Virus record (IMG/VR): IMGVR_UViG_3300045980_000027
Span: 1 to 28,130 of that record
Origin: a virus
Lineage: Duplodnaviria; Caudoviricetes
Strand: one strand, 5' to 3'
DNA length: 28,130 bases
The stretch's first letter is position 1. The number at the start of each line of letters is the position of its first letter. Positions 16,794 to 26,169 of this stretch are shown here, piece after piece. The notes beneath the pieces were generated by a model. That model searched no databases and was not told the DNA's origin. It worked only from the letters and a program-made list of their open reading frames with translations. The position numbers and the translations under genes are program-made.

Positions 16794-17207
16794 TCAGCCG
16801 ACCGCGCGGGTCAGCGGGATCTCCCGATCCGGCGTCCACCCTGTCCAGGGGTTCGTGTCCGCCGCCGGCGGGATACCGTCGATCGTGTATGTCGCGCCGG
16901 TCATCGTCGTGCCGCCGGGGATCCTGTCCGCTCCCTCGGGCAGGGGCGGGTCGAAGGCGCCGTCGAAGACGCGGTCGCCCTTCTGCACGTCGAGGTCGCC
17001 GCCGCAGTAGAGCGACTTCGATTCGAGCGCCTGCTCGCGGGTGGCGTTTGTGAGCATCGACGTCGACGAGTGCGCCACGAACGCGCCCGCGAGCGCGAGC
17101 ACCTCGGGGTCGTTCCAGTCCCCGGGGATCAGCTCGTCCGGGTTGTAGGGGTCGGGGATCATCAAGGCGCGCAGACGGAACACCGTGCGCCCGAACGGGA
17201 AGCTCAT
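16794..17207 (-). CDS. Head-to-tail stopper (137 aa)
   Basis: ATGA overlap; DPYNP..DW, DVQKGDRV, NPWTGW. Confidence 0.75.
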   Translation of the reverse strand: MSFPFGRTVFRLRALMIPDPYNPDELIPGDWNDPEVLALAGAFVAHSSTSMLTNATREQALESKSLYCGGDLDVQKGDRVFDGAFDPPLPEGADRIPGGTTMTGATYTIDGIPPAADTNPWTGWTPDREIPLTRAVG

Positions 17208-17560
17208 CGGTACGTCTCCGGCCACAGTCGACTGACGGGACGCTCCGCCGGGAAGCTGCCGCGCGGCATCCCTCCCGTCGGCCTCGCGACGCACAACGCC
17301 CGCAGGGCACGGGTGGGCTGGCCGTCGAAAGCGGACCGGACAGCGACGTCGTACTCGACGCGTGCCGGGCCGATCGACTGGCCCTTCACGAAACGCTCAC
17401 CGCGTCTGTCCGCCGACTTGAACACGCGTCGCAGGATCGCGAGCGCGTTCTTCTCGTCCTCCCCGGTCAGGGAGTCGAGGCAGGGGGCGATGTCGCGAGC
17501 GATGATGAGGACCTCGCGAGCAAGATCCTCATCAGCACCGACCAAGTCGTGCGTGATCAC
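17204..17560 (-). CDS. Head-to-tail adaptor
   Basis: ARDIAPCL...AILR...QSIGP...LRALC pattern; position after capsid. Confidence 0.75.
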   Translation of the reverse strand: MITHDLVGADEDLAREVLIIARDIAPCLDSLTGEDEKNALAILRRVFKSADRRGERFVKGQSIGPARVEYDVAVRSAFDGQPTRALRALCVARPTGGMPRGSFPAERPVSRLWPETYR

Positions 17561-17579
17561 GGCACCGCCCCCCTTCCGG

Positions 17580-17930
17580 TCAGGACGCCAGCGGCGTCTG
17601 CTTCGCGCCCACGGTCTTCGCGGGCGCCTTGGCCTTGGCCTCAGCGGAGGCCTTCTCGGCTGCGGCCTTGCGGTCGGCTTCCTCGGCGGCGCGCTTCTCA
17701 GCGTCCGCCTTCTCGGCTGCGGCCAGCGCGGCGACCTCGTCAGCGCTGGGCGGGTCCTCGACCTCGACGCGCTCGATGAGGCCGCGCTCGATGAGCCGTT
17801 CGAGTTGCTCCGCGGCGATGCCCTCGGGGACGACGTCGCCGCGGCGCAGGAGCGCTGCGACCCGATTGCCGCCCTGGCCCCCGATGGACACCTTCGCGGC
17901 AGCGGCGGTCACGATGTGCTGGCTGCTCAT
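17580..17930 (-). CDS. Small capsid-associated protein with Ala/Lys/Glu-rich tail (116 aa)
   Basis: TGATG coupling to capsid gene; RGDVVP...LERLIERGLIE. Confidence 0.7.
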   Translation of the reverse strand: MSSQHIVTAAAAKVSIGGQGGNRVAALLRRGDVVPEGIAAEQLERLIERGLIERVEVEDPPSADEVAALAAAEKADAEKRAAEEADRKAAAEKASAEAKAKAPAKTVGAKQTPLAS

Positions 17931-18844
17931 CAGGGTGCCTCCGTTCCGGTGAGGTAGAACCCGGCGAGCGGGTCGGTGACGATCGGCACGTGCACATTGC
18001 GCGCCTGCAGGCGGGTCTTCTCCGCCTTCCCCTCGCGGATCGCGGCGATCTCGACGCCGGTGTCGCCGCCGACGTGACGCATCTCCGGGGTGGGGATCTG
18101 CTCGCGTGCGATGCCACCGAGGCGGCGGCGGTCCACGAACAGGGGGTCCGTGATGTCGTCGCCGTCGTCGGAAATCCACGTGAGCCCGGCGATGGTGGGG
18201 AACCCGTCCGTGAGGGCCTGACCGCTGTCCTTGGGGAGGATGTCGAGCAGCTCGGGAATCACCTCGGCGTACTGCTCCCCGGGGAGCACCACGGTGTCGA
18301 CGTCGTAGCCGAGCTTCTGACGGCGAGTGCGCGCCTTCACGCGCAGCGCGTCCTTGTAGATCTGCTTTGCGCTCGTCCACGGTGCGCCGGCGGCGACCGT
18401 GTTCGTGACCGACGATGCGACGACGCCGAGCGCCATCTCATTCGCCGAGAAAACGAGCTCGGTCTGCAGGAAGGTGAACGCGTCATCGATCGGCTGCCGC
18501 AGGAGACGACCGATCTGCTCGTCGGTGACCTCGGTCGCGAGGCCATCCTTCATCGCCGAGTAGAACTCGTACTCCTCGGCCGACATCGGCGTGAGCTTGT
18601 ACTCCGAGCCCGGAGCGACGATCTCCGAACCGCGCACGGCACGGATGACTTCGTTGATCGGGACACCGATGGCGCCGCCGGTGATCGTGAAGCGCTTCTG
18701 CATCAGGAACAGTCCGAGGAGCTGCTGCGCCTGCAGGATCTCCCCGAATCGGCGAGCGACGAGCGTCGGCGACTTCAGGAACGCGATCAGGTCGGCCGCC
18801 GAGACGTCAGCGAGCTGGCTCGGCGTGAGCGGGTAAGTCTGCAT
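17930..18844 (-). CDS. Major capsid protein
   Basis: 304 aa; VAPGSEY, K.GL..EVTDE, G.DVDTVVL; position after decoration gene. Confidence 0.88.
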   Translation of the reverse strand: MQTYPLTPSQLADVSAADLIAFLKSPTLVARRFGEILQAQQLLGLFLMQKRFTITGGAIGVPINEVIRAVRGSEIVAPGSEYKLTPMSAEEYEFYSAMKDGLATEVTDEQIGRLLRQPIDDAFTFLQTELVFSANEMALGVVASSVTNTVAAGAPWTSAKQIYKDALRVKARTRRQKLGYDVDTVVLPGEQYAEVIPELLDILPKDSGQALTDGFPTIAGLTWISDDGDDITDPLFVDRRRLGGIAREQIPTPEMRHVGGDTGVEIAAIREGKAEKTRLQARNVHVPIVTDPLAGFYLTGTEAP

Positions 18845-18858
18845 CGTGCTCTCCTTTC

Positions 18859-19221
18859 TCAGAGCTGAATGGCGCGCACGAGCGCGCCGTCTGCGGCGGA
18901 CGTGAGGGCGAGGAAGATCTCCGTGCCCTCGGCGAGGGTGCGGACGCCTCCGCCGGCGGCTGCCTCGAGCCGGTCCCCGCGCGTGACAGCGCCGACCGCC
19001 TTGAGCTCGTGGATGGGCTTGCCGACCTCGACGGTCAGCTTGTCGCCAACCTTCGCGTCGTGGCCGGCGACGCCGACGACCTTCTCGGACCCGGCTGCCG
19101 CAGGCGCGACCGAGGAGTCGGCCGTGCCGACCTCCACGACCTGGCCTGCGGCGACGTCAGTGGTCACACCGAAGGTGACGGTGTCGCCGGGACGGAACAG
19201 GGGCAGGTAGCTCTTCGCCAC
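18859..19221 (-). CDS. Capsid decoration/cement protein (DUF2190-like)
   Basis: Ala/Gly-rich, VVGVAGHDAKVGD; between protease/scaffold and capsid. Confidence 0.8.
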   Translation of the reverse strand: MAKSYLPLFRPGDTVTFGVTTDVAAGQVVEVGTADSSVAPAAAGSEKVVGVAGHDAKVGDKLTVEVGKPIHELKAVGAVTRGDRLEAAAGGGVRTLAEGTEIFLALTSAADGALVRAIQL

Positions 19222-19223
19222 GA

Positions 19224-20423
19224 TCAGGCCTCCTTCTGGGTGGAGCCGAAGACGCTGCCGTACAGCGAGTCCTCAGCGCTGGTGAGGGTGTCGGAGTGCC
19301 CGATCTCCTCGACAGGGATGGTGTTCTTCGCGAGCGAGGCGAGCAGCGTGCTGGCGCCCTCTTCGTCCTTGTCGAGGTGCGCGCGCCACGCGTCCCGCGA
19401 TGCCGCGGTGATTCGGCCCTCACGCAGCGCGGTCGCGACGATGCCGTCACGGCGCGCCCGGTCCTGCTCAGCGCGGGCTTCTACACCCTGACGGGCGTTC
19501 GCCTGCAGTTCGGCCAGGACGGTCGCGTCGATCGTGACCGCGCCCTCGGGCAGCGCGTTGGTGGCAGCCGGGGCCGCCGGGATGTCGGGCTGTTCCGCGA
19601 GTGCCTCGTCGAGTGCGGCCAGGACCGCCTCGTCGGTGACGTCGGCGTCGGTCATGCCGAGCCGCTCACGGATACCAGCCACGAAGTCGCCGTGCTCCAC
19701 GACGTTCTCCTTTCGGTTGGGGTCACCCGGCTCGGACGAGACCGGGAGTTCAGGGATCTCCACACGGGGCGCGTTCGCCCGGGCGGCGGCAGAGAACACG
19801 GCTGGGTCGAACCGGGCCGTCGGTGCCCGGTTCTCCGCCGCCGAGGACGGGGCATCCGCCCACTCGTCGGCAAGGCCCGCGTCGACGGCTTCCTCGGCCG
19901 TGTACCAGGACTCCGCCTGCATGAGTGCCCGCCAGTGCGCCCGGTCCTCACCCGCACGGGCCGCATAGACGTCGGCGATCGAGTCGGACAGCTTGTGGAG
20001 GATCTCCGCCGTCTCCTCCATCAGCTCGGCGTTTCCCCACGCGCCACCAGAGGCGTCGTGGATCATCATCTGCGCCCCACGGTTCATGGTGATGTGGTCG
20101 CCGGCCATCGCGATCACCGACGCCGCGGACGCGGCCAGCCCGTCGACGATCACCTCGACGCGCGCCTTGTGGCGGCGCAGCGCGTTCATGATCGTGATGC
20201 CGTCCCACGCCGCCCCGCCGGGGCTATTCACATGGAGGTAGATCGTGTCCACGTCGAGGTCGTCGAGCTGCTGAGCCATCGACCGGGCCCCGACACCGCC
20301 TCCGTACCAGCGTTCGCCGATCTCGTCATAGATGTACACGTCCGCCGATGACGAGCTCTCCTCGTCATCGGCGGCGCGCGCCTGGATCTTGAACCAGTCG
20401 CGTACAGGTGCGCTCGTCGTCAT
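19224..20423 (-). CDS. ClpP-type head maturation protease fused to scaffold domain
   Basis: IYDEIG, VNSPGG, DGLAASAASVIAMAGD, MMIHDA, ESWYTAEEAVDAGLAD; helical C-terminal scaffold. Confidence 0.92.
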   Translation of the reverse strand: MTTSAPVRDWFKIQARAADDEESSSSADVYIYDEIGERWYGGGVGARSMAQQLDDLDVDTIYLHVNSPGGAAWDGITIMNALRRHKARVEVIVDGLAASAASVIAMAGDHITMNRGAQMMIHDASGGAWGNAELMEETAEILHKLSDSIADVYAARAGEDRAHWRALMQAESWYTAEEAVDAGLADEWADAPSSAAENRAPTARFDPAVFSAAARANAPRVEIPELPVSSEPGDPNRKENVVEHGDFVAGIRERLGMTDADVTDEAVLAALDEALAEQPDIPAAPAATNALPEGAVTIDATVLAELQANARQGVEARAEQDRARRDGIVATALREGRITAASRDAWRAHLDKDEEGASTLLASLAKNTIPVEEIGHSDTLTSAEDSLYGSVFGSTQKEA

Positions 20424-21856
20424 GCTGCAGCCTCCTCGGGCTCGGTCGATGGGATCCGGCTCACGTCCGGGCCGTCCCCGGCGAGCTCCGCGCCAGCACG
20501 ACGGATAATCTCCCGTGCTTCTTCCTGCCGCAGTGGCGGCTTGTCCGTCGCGAGGTACACCTTCTGCGCCACCTCGGCGGCAGACCGTGCCACTTCCCGG
20601 CCCGCGGCGTCGTCGTCATCCGTCCCGACGAGGTCTTCGACCGGCAGGCCGTACTTGTCCCGCATGTACGCACGCAGCGGATCGTCGACCACAACCGCGC
20701 CGGCCTCGATCAGCGCCTTAATCGCTTCGGCGGTGACTTGCTGCTGCTCTCCGATCGCCGACGGAACCAGCCGAGGAGCCGGCTCCGTCGGTCCCCAGTT
20801 CTTGTCGACGAGGTCTTCGATCACGTGTTGGTTGAAGACCTCTGCGATGTGCTGCGCGACAGCGTTCAGCGAGTCGGTGAAGAAGTTCGCGAATGTCGAC
20901 CCGAGCGCCCACGAACCCGTCTCGGTGCCGAGGTTCAGGAAATGCGCGAGTACCGCGCGCGCGATCTGCTCGTCGTAGTAGCGGATCGGACCGTCCGTGT
21001 CGGGCAGCTTCCCGTCGACACCGACGAACTTCAGCGTGGCGCCGTACGGCAGCGACACCCCCGCAGCGTCGCCGGCGCGAGCGTTCTTCGCGATCGCGAG
21101 CCCGTTCTTGATCTGCTCGTCGAGCCACTTCACAGCGTCTTCGAACGAGTCGGTCTCCGGCGGCTCCGCGCTGGTTACCACCGGCAGGCCGAGGCCGTTG
21201 CGCTCGGCGGTCAGCGCCTGGATGCGCAGCAGCCTGTCCTTGAGGACGAACATCTTGTACGCGGCGCGTAACAGCGACTCGCCGACCCAGTTCGCGCCCT
21301 CACGCTCGTTGACATACGCGACGAGCCGGTCCACGGGAATCCGCACGTCACGCTTGCCAGATGTGCCGTACTGCTGCACCGAAACAAGGCCACCGTCCCG
21401 CGCGACCTCGATGTCGGAGATCGTGCGCGGCGGCCGCCATGCGAGCTTCGCGAGATGCGTTTGCCCCGTCGACTGGTCATACACCTGCTCAAAAAAGCTG
21501 TGACCGTAGACGAGTTCGAGCAGCGCGAGCCTCAGGTGCTCCTTCATGGAGAACCGGCCCTTGGTGCGCAGCGGCGCGACGAACGCCCGCCCCTTCACGG
21601 GCACGCCGAGATCCTTCGCGACGTGCCCGATGACCTCATCCCGACACCCGGCGCCATCGAGCGTCCACTCCGTGCGCATGATCGGGAGAGTCACCGCCCG
21701 CAGCACAGACTTCACCTGCGGGTCTTCGCGACGCATCCGATCGAACACGTTGATCGATCGCGGCCATTGCAGGTCCGGGTTCTCCTCGTGCGTCTCCGCG
21801 ACGAGCGACCCCCACGACAGCAGAGTCCCGTCCGTCTGATATCCGATCTCAGCCAA
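20420..21856 (-). CDS. Portal protein (DUF935/Mu gp29-like)
   Basis: YGHSFFEQVY, GESLLRAAY, ERNGLGLP, FLNLG...GSWALG. Confidence 0.9.
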   Translation of the reverse strand: MAEIGYQTDGTLLSWGSLVAETHEENPDLQWPRSINVFDRMRREDPQVKSVLRAVTLPIMRTEWTLDGAGCRDEVIGHVAKDLGVPVKGRAFVAPLRTKGRFSMKEHLRLALLELVYGHSFFEQVYDQSTGQTHLAKLAWRPPRTISDIEVARDGGLVSVQQYGTSGKRDVRIPVDRLVAYVNEREGANWVGESLLRAAYKMFVLKDRLLRIQALTAERNGLGLPVVTSAEPPETDSFEDAVKWLDEQIKNGLAIAKNARAGDAAGVSLPYGATLKFVGVDGKLPDTDGPIRYYDEQIARAVLAHFLNLGTETGSWALGSTFANFFTDSLNAVAQHIAEVFNQHVIEDLVDKNWGPTEPAPRLVPSAIGEQQQVTAEAIKALIEAGAVVVDDPLRAYMRDKYGLPVEDLVGTDDDDAAGREVARSAAEVAQKVYLATDKPPLRQEEAREIIRRAGAELAGDGPDVSRIPSTEPEEAAA

Positions 21857-21872
21857 CGGGATCTCCTCTGCG

Positions 21873-23465
21873 TCAGAAGTGGAGCGTGCGTAGATCCGCT
21901 TCGTCGTGTGTGACGTCGTCGCGCGTCAGGACTTGTGCGGCCGGCGGAGGAGGGGTGCGCTTCTTCGGCGACGCCTCGGACTTGAGCACGCCCCACAGCG
22001 CCCACGTCACCGCCTGCGCCTGGCTGACCGGCTTCGTCGGATCCGACTGCTCCCACGTCATGCCGGCACGCCCGATGTTGCGCGTCGTCGCCAACTCGAG
22101 CGACTTCGTCACCTCGGCCTGATCACGGTGCGGCACGAGGCCGGCGTTGACGTGCTCGATGAACAGGGTGTGCGCGGCGGCGATCTCGTCGAGGTTCATC
22201 GCGAGGTACTTGATGCCGGCGGCGTCCAGGGCGCCGATCACGGCGGCGGCGTTCTTCGCGTCGAGCACGACGAGCGCGTTGCCGTACTGCGCCTTGAGCT
22301 CCTTCAGCTTCGGCGCGATCCACCGTGTGCCGCTCTCGGTGTGCAGGTGCTCGACAGCGATCGAGTCGGAGTCGACTCGCACGGCGGCACCAATCGTGCC
22401 GTACCCGCCACCTCGGCCCAGCGCGAGCGACAGCACCACGCCGTCGCCGGCGACTGCGGCGTCGTCTCGGGCGTGCCGCTTCCACACCTCGATGTCGAGC
22501 TCGGACAGCTTCGCCGCGACCTCGGGGCGCCGGCTCGGCCAGATCGAGCAACGCTGACGAGCGAACGCCTCCGGGTTCGTCTGGCCCATGCGGTCCCAGG
22601 CGTCCTGCACGGTCTTCCATGCCAGCCGGATCCCGAGCCCCGGGTTCGCCTCCCGCCATGTCTGCGGGGAGCCGAGGTCGATCTTCGCGGCGGTGTCGGG
22701 ATCATCCGACCCTTCCGGAGTGTGCTCGATCCATCCGGTGCGCTCCTGGCCACCGGCGCGGCCGCGATCGCGGATGCCCTCGAAGTACTCGCCGTCCTGG
22801 TCCTCCTTCGGGACCGTGCCGGTGAACAGCACCTGCAGGTTCGGGCTCGCGTCCGACGCCGGCAGCAGCGCCTCAAGGATGCTCAGCGGCGAGTGCTGCG
22901 CCTCGTCCACAATCAGCACGTCGAAGGAAATGCCCACGCCGGCCGCGCCCGTCCTGGTGAAGAAGACCAGGCGGTTGCCGTTCTTCAGCTCGATCGCCCA
23001 GTTGCCGTTCCCGGTCGAGATGCCGGTGACGCCCTGTGCCGTCTGCTTGCCACCGCCGACGAGCTCCGCGCGGAGAATCGGCGAGGCGAGGATCGTCCGC
23101 CGCGCGCGGCGGAACGCCTCACGCGCCGTGGGGCCTTCGTGGGCGGTGTGTCCGATCAGCTTCGGCGCGCCGTCCGCGCGCGGCCAGAGGAACAGGTGAG
23201 CCAGTTCGTACGGCAGCAGGATATTGCCCTTGCCCTGCTGCCGTGAGACGAGCACCCCGAACTCGGTCGCCGCCCACTGGCCGTCGGCGTCGATAGACGC
23301 GATCGCTTCGAGCGCGCCCTCCTGCCACGGGTCACACCGGATGTTCGCCAGGTCGGAGATGTCGAGGATGTCATCGATCAGCGAGTCGACACGACTAAGA
23401 GGCAGCGCCCTCACTCTGGGCTCTTGCAGCCCGAGCAGCACGGGCCTGGGCGAGTTGCTCGGCAA
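21873..23465 (-). CDS. Terminase large subunit
   Basis: PWQ, Walker A variant SRQQGKG, Walker B LIVDEAQ, FTGTVP, WREANPGLG; TTG start after GAAGGAG. Confidence 0.92.
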   Translation of the reverse strand: MPSNSPRPVLLGLQEPRVRALPLSRVDSLIDDILDISDLANIRCDPWQEGALEAIASIDADGQWAATEFGVLVSRQQGKGNILLPYELAHLFLWPRADGAPKLIGHTAHEGPTAREAFRRARRTILASPILRAELVGGGKQTAQGVTGISTGNGNWAIELKNGNRLVFFTRTGAAGVGISFDVLIVDEAQHSPLSILEALLPASDASPNLQVLFTGTVPKEDQDGEYFEGIRDRGRAGGQERTGWIEHTPEGSDDPDTAAKIDLGSPQTWREANPGLGIRLAWKTVQDAWDRMGQTNPEAFARQRCSIWPSRRPEVAAKLSELDIEVWKRHARDDAAVAGDGVVLSLALGRGGGYGTIGAAVRVDSDSIAVEHLHTESGTRWIAPKLKELKAQYGNALVVLDAKNAAAVIGALDAAGIKYLAMNLDEIAAAHTLFIEHVNAGLVPHRDQAEVTKSLELATTRNIGRAGMTWEQSDPTKPVSQAQAVTWALWGVLKSEASPKKRTPPPPAAQVLTRDDVTHDEADLRTLHF

Positions 23466-23805
23466 GGGTCAACTCCTTCGGCGGCTCCGCCGGACCGCGC
23501 GTCGCTTCGACCGCGGCCCGGAACTCACGCGCGATCGGCGCGACCCTCGTCGGATCCTTCTCCGCCACCGTCTTGAACGCGGTTCGCAGCGTCGAGACGA
23601 TCAGCTCAAGGTCGTCCATGTCCGGCGGCTCGGGTGCCGGTGCCGGTGCCGGTGCCGCGTCGACCGGCGCGGTCGCAGGCGAGCGCCGACGGGCACGTTG
23701 CGCGTCGGCATGAGCTTCGCGGCACGCGTCGTCCACAACCTCGCCGTTTCGGAGGTGACGGCGGTACGCCGAGTCGGTCCCACAGGGGGCCTTGGGCCGT
23801 CCCAT
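23395..23805 (-). CDS. Terminase small subunit (probable)
   Basis: Directly upstream of and overlapping TerL; CGT.SAYRRH...C N-terminus and helical APIAREFR..V.. Confidence 0.7.
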   Translation of the reverse strand: MGRPKAPCGTDSAYRRHLRNGEVVDDACREAHADAQRARRRSPATAPVDAAPAPAPAPEPPDMDDLELIVSTLRTAFKTVAEKDPTRVAPIAREFRAAVEATRGPAEPPKELTLAEQLAQARAARAARAQSEGAAS

Positions 23806-23929
23806 TCACCCCACCCCCCGAATTCCCCCACATTCGTCAAATTCACCCGCGGAGAGAGCCGCCAGGACCGCGCGGGAGACTGGCAGTGATCGGCCATCGC
23901 TGGATTTTCTGGCGATGGCGGGGCGGCGG

Positions 23930-24250
23930 TCAGGCTGAGGGGCAATTGCCCTTGCAGTGCGTCGGCCCTGCCTGGCATGGGCACGGGGCGCAGGTGTGCG
24001 CGGTGCTCGTCCTGGGTGACTCGGTGACAGTGGGGACAAGCTCGTCCGGCATCTGCTCGCACGTGATCGTCACGCCCGTCTCCGGGTGCACCCACGTGTG
24101 CCACATGGCGTCGTGCTCGAAGTCGGTGGGCTGCGCTCCCATGCACACGGGGCAGGAGCGGCCCCGTGTGCGGTCGAAGCGGAGGCGCTGCCACCATGTG
24201 CGGGGCGGTCGGTGCTCGACGCAGGCCGGGTCGGTGCGTCGGTGCCTCAC
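23930..24250 (-). CDS. Cys/His-rich hypothetical protein (106 aa)
   Basis: GTGA overlap with upstream stop; CPVC and CAPCPC...HCKGNC. Confidence 0.5.
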   Translation of the reverse strand: MRHRRTDPACVEHRPPRTWWQRLRFDRTRGRSCPVCMGAQPTDFEHDAMWHTWVHPETGVTITCEQMPDELVPTVTESPRTSTAHTCAPCPCQAGPTHCKGNCPSA

Positions 24251-24546
24251 GGTGCGTCCCTCGTGGCCCAGTGCCAGGGGTGCCCCTTCGGGATACGGAA
24301 CCACCGCCGCCGTGTCGCGAGGCGCTTTCCGGTTCGTGTCCGCCGCATGAGCGCGCGTCCGTCGGGTCCGGGTACCGGCGTCGTGCCGACGAGGAACAGG
24401 CCAAGGACGCGATGGCACGGGTAGTCGGAGAGGATGCCCCGGCGCAACCCAGGCCCGTGCAGGTCGAGGGCGCCCGTGATCGCTTCCACCAGGGCGCCGT
24501 TGGCTTGGGTGTGGTCCACATGTGCGCGGAGCGCGAGGTTGCTCAT
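24247..24546 (-). CDS. Hypothetical protein (99 aa)
   Basis: ATGA overlap with HNH stop; GGAGG RBS. Confidence 0.55.
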   Translation of the reverse strand: MSNLALRAHVDHTQANGALVEAITGALDLHGPGLRRGILSDYPCHRVLGLFLVGTTPVPGPDGRALMRRTRTGKRLATRRRWFRIPKGHPWHWATRDAP

Positions 24547-24845
24547 GATGCCTCCCAGATCTCGACCGCGGCATGGTCGCTCTTACGGCTGTTACAGGAC
24601 AGGTGCATCGGGACGAGTGGACCAAGGAGCTTCCCGCCATTGCCGAGCGCGGTGTCGTGGTCAGCCGTGAAGCTCATGCGGTGCGTTGACGGGAGCGTCG
24701 TATCGATCGGCTCCCCACATCCCCACCCGTGGGTAGATCCATACCCGCACGGCAGGTCCTCGATCTGAGTTCGCCGCTTCAGCGCGGCCTGCCGACGACG
24801 GTAGGCGCGGTGCCCCTTGCCGTCACGGACCGGGTGCGACCCCAT
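24543..24845 (-). CDS. HNH endonuclease (packaging-associated)
   Basis: C...CGEPID...SFTADH...GG...H.SCNSRK. Confidence 0.88.
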   Translation of the reverse strand: MGSHPVRDGKGHRAYRRRQAALKRRTQIEDLPCGYGSTHGWGCGEPIDTTLPSTHRMSFTADHDTALGNGGKLLGPLVPMHLSCNSRKSDHAAVEIWEAS

Positions 24846-24958
24846 CAGTTGAGGCCCCGCTCACCTTCGCACCGCTCCTCGCAGGCGAGGACTTCGGACC
24901 AGGAAGGGCACTCTGCGCCGCAGTACCCGCACGTCGGGCGCACACCAGGATCAGTCAC
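24845..24958 (-). CDS. Tiny Cys-rich protein (37 aa, VTDPGVRPTCGYCGAECPSWSEVLACEERC...)
   Basis: GAGGGGG RBS; TGATG coupling to HNH. Confidence 0.5.
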   Translation of the reverse strand: MTDPGVRPTCGYCGAECPSWSEVLACEERCEGERGLN

Positions 24959-25083
24959 GATGCCCCCTCGATGGTGAAGAGCTCCGGCCTGCTCGGCTCG
25001 CGCGTGCGAGAGTCTCGGCGAGGGCAGGCCGGGAAGAACGTGAGCCGGCCGCGTGGCGCGCACAGCACCCAGAAACGCGGAAA

Positions 25084-25107
25084 GGCCCCGGAATCTCTTC
25101 CAGGGCC
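25084..25107 (-). terminator. Hairpin with U-rich tail downstream of the putative late promoter
   Basis: Minus strand GGCCCTGGAA-GAGA-TTCCGGGGCC followed by TTTCCGCGTTTCT. Confidence 0.55.
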
Positions 25108-25125
25108 AATTGTGGCTCACGCGTA

Positions 25126-25161
25126 AGCGTATCAGTTCACCGTGCAGAGGGATGCAGAGGG
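25126..25161 (-). promoter_or_regulatory. Putative late promoter: -10 TACGCT with tandem CCCTCTGCA direct repeats upstream
   Basis: TACGCT at 25126-25131 (minus); 9-bp repeats at 25143-25151 and 25153-25161; first intergenic region before the packaging genes. Confidence 0.45.
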
Positions 25162-25352
25162 TCACCATCGGCGGGTCGCACTCCCGCATGCATCCGCTCC
25201 CGCATCCTCTTGTCCGCCTCCACCACGTCCGACTCCCGCACCCGACCCACCAGCACCGTGATCTCTCCCCGCTGCCGCCACGCCTTGATCGTGCGCACCG
25301 ACTTCCCCACACGCTCAGCCGCCTCCGCGATCGACAACCACCTATCCGACAT
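25137..25352 (-). CDS. Small MerR/excisionase-like winged HTH protein (71 aa)
   Basis: WLSIAEAAERVGKSVRTIKAWRQRG; GGAGG RBS inside the recombinase 3' end. Confidence 0.8.
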   Translation of the reverse strand: MSDRWLSIAEAAERVGKSVRTIKAWRQRGEITVLVGRVRESDVVEADKRMRERMHAGVRPADGDPLHPSAR

Positions 25353-26169
25353 CTGCCCTCCACTCGATCGCCTCCACCATCTTGCGCATCTCCCGCCGAT
25401 CCAGCTCGATGTACCGGCGGGTCGTCGACGGGGACGCATGACCGAGGAGCTCCTGCACCAGCAGCAGATCCGACTGGTGCGCGTACGCTCTCGTCGCACA
25501 CCGGTGCCGCAGCGTGTGCATCGTCCACCCCTCCGGCAGGAGATCGCGGATCAGCGTCCCCACCGTCGCCGGCGCGAGATGCCCCCGACCCCACTGCCCC
25601 GGGAACGCGAACCCGCGAGGGAGGTCCTGGATCGTGCGGGCGATCGTGCCCGGCAACGGCACCAGCCGCTCACGATCCCCCTTCCCGTGCACAACCAGGG
25701 ACCATCCGACGAGGTCGTCGAGGAGATCGTCGGTGTGCACCTGCGCGACCTCCGCGCGCCGCAGGCCCACCTCGGCGGCGAGGCGCAGCATGAGCGTCTC
25801 CCGCGGCGGCGCGGCCAACAGCGCCGCGCGGTACACGTGGTCGGGCGCCGGGCGAGGTCGAGGGGCTGCCGCCTTGATCCTCGGCAACGCCTCCGCCACC
25901 ACCCTGTCGACACGCTCGGTCGCGACACCCCACCGCCAGAACGCGAGGAACGTCGCCCGCCGAGACCGGCGCGTCTCCCGCGCCCACTCCTGCCGGCCCG
26001 CGTACGCCGTGAGGTCCTCCTCCGACAGCTCCCACGGTCCCACCTCGACCCGGCGGGCGAGGTGCTCGAGATGCTCACGGCGAGCGCGGCACGTCGTCGG
26101 CGGCTTCCCGCCGGCCTTCTGGTGCTCCAGAAACGCGGCGATCACCACATCCCACTCCTCAGTCAGCAC
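25342..26169 (-). CDS. Tyrosine recombinase, short XerC/D-like (275 aa)
   Basis: Full catalytic set: GLRRAE (R), HGKG (K), HTLRH (HxxR), LGH, TTRRY (Y); GTG start after GAGGAGG; no arm-binding N-domain evident. Confidence 0.92.
   Translation of the reverse strand: MLTEEWDVVIAAFLEHQKAGGKPPTTCRARREHLEHLARRVEVGPWELSEEDLTAYAGRQEWARETRRSRRATFLAFWRWGVATERVDRVVAEALPRIKAAAPRPRPAPDHVYRAALLAAPPRETLMLRLAAEVGLRRAEVAQVHTDDLLDDLVGWSLVVHGKGDRERLVPLPGTIARTIQDLPRGFAFPGQWGRGHLAPATVGTLIRDLLPEGWTMHTLRHRCATRAYAHQSDLLLVQELLGHASPSTTRRYIELDRREMRKMVEAIEWRADVG

Noticed and set aside
23632-23657. Tandem GGTGCC hexamer repeat
   Set aside because: Simply encodes a Pro-Ala linker (APAPAPAP) in the small terminase.
24550-24572. 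GCGGTCGAGATCTGGGAGG at the HNH 3' end, and GTCGAGAACC in the holin gene (about 4040), as extra junction-motif copies
   Set aside because: Spacing differs or the match is short. Explainable by an ordinary RBS and common Val-Glu codons, though a PWM scan should re-test this.
25342-26169. Calling the recombinase the prophage integrase or an integron IntI
   Set aside because: No adjacent attP space, repressor or host junction. The HxxR region shows no IntI-specific insertion, and the repeats are not attC-like hairpins.
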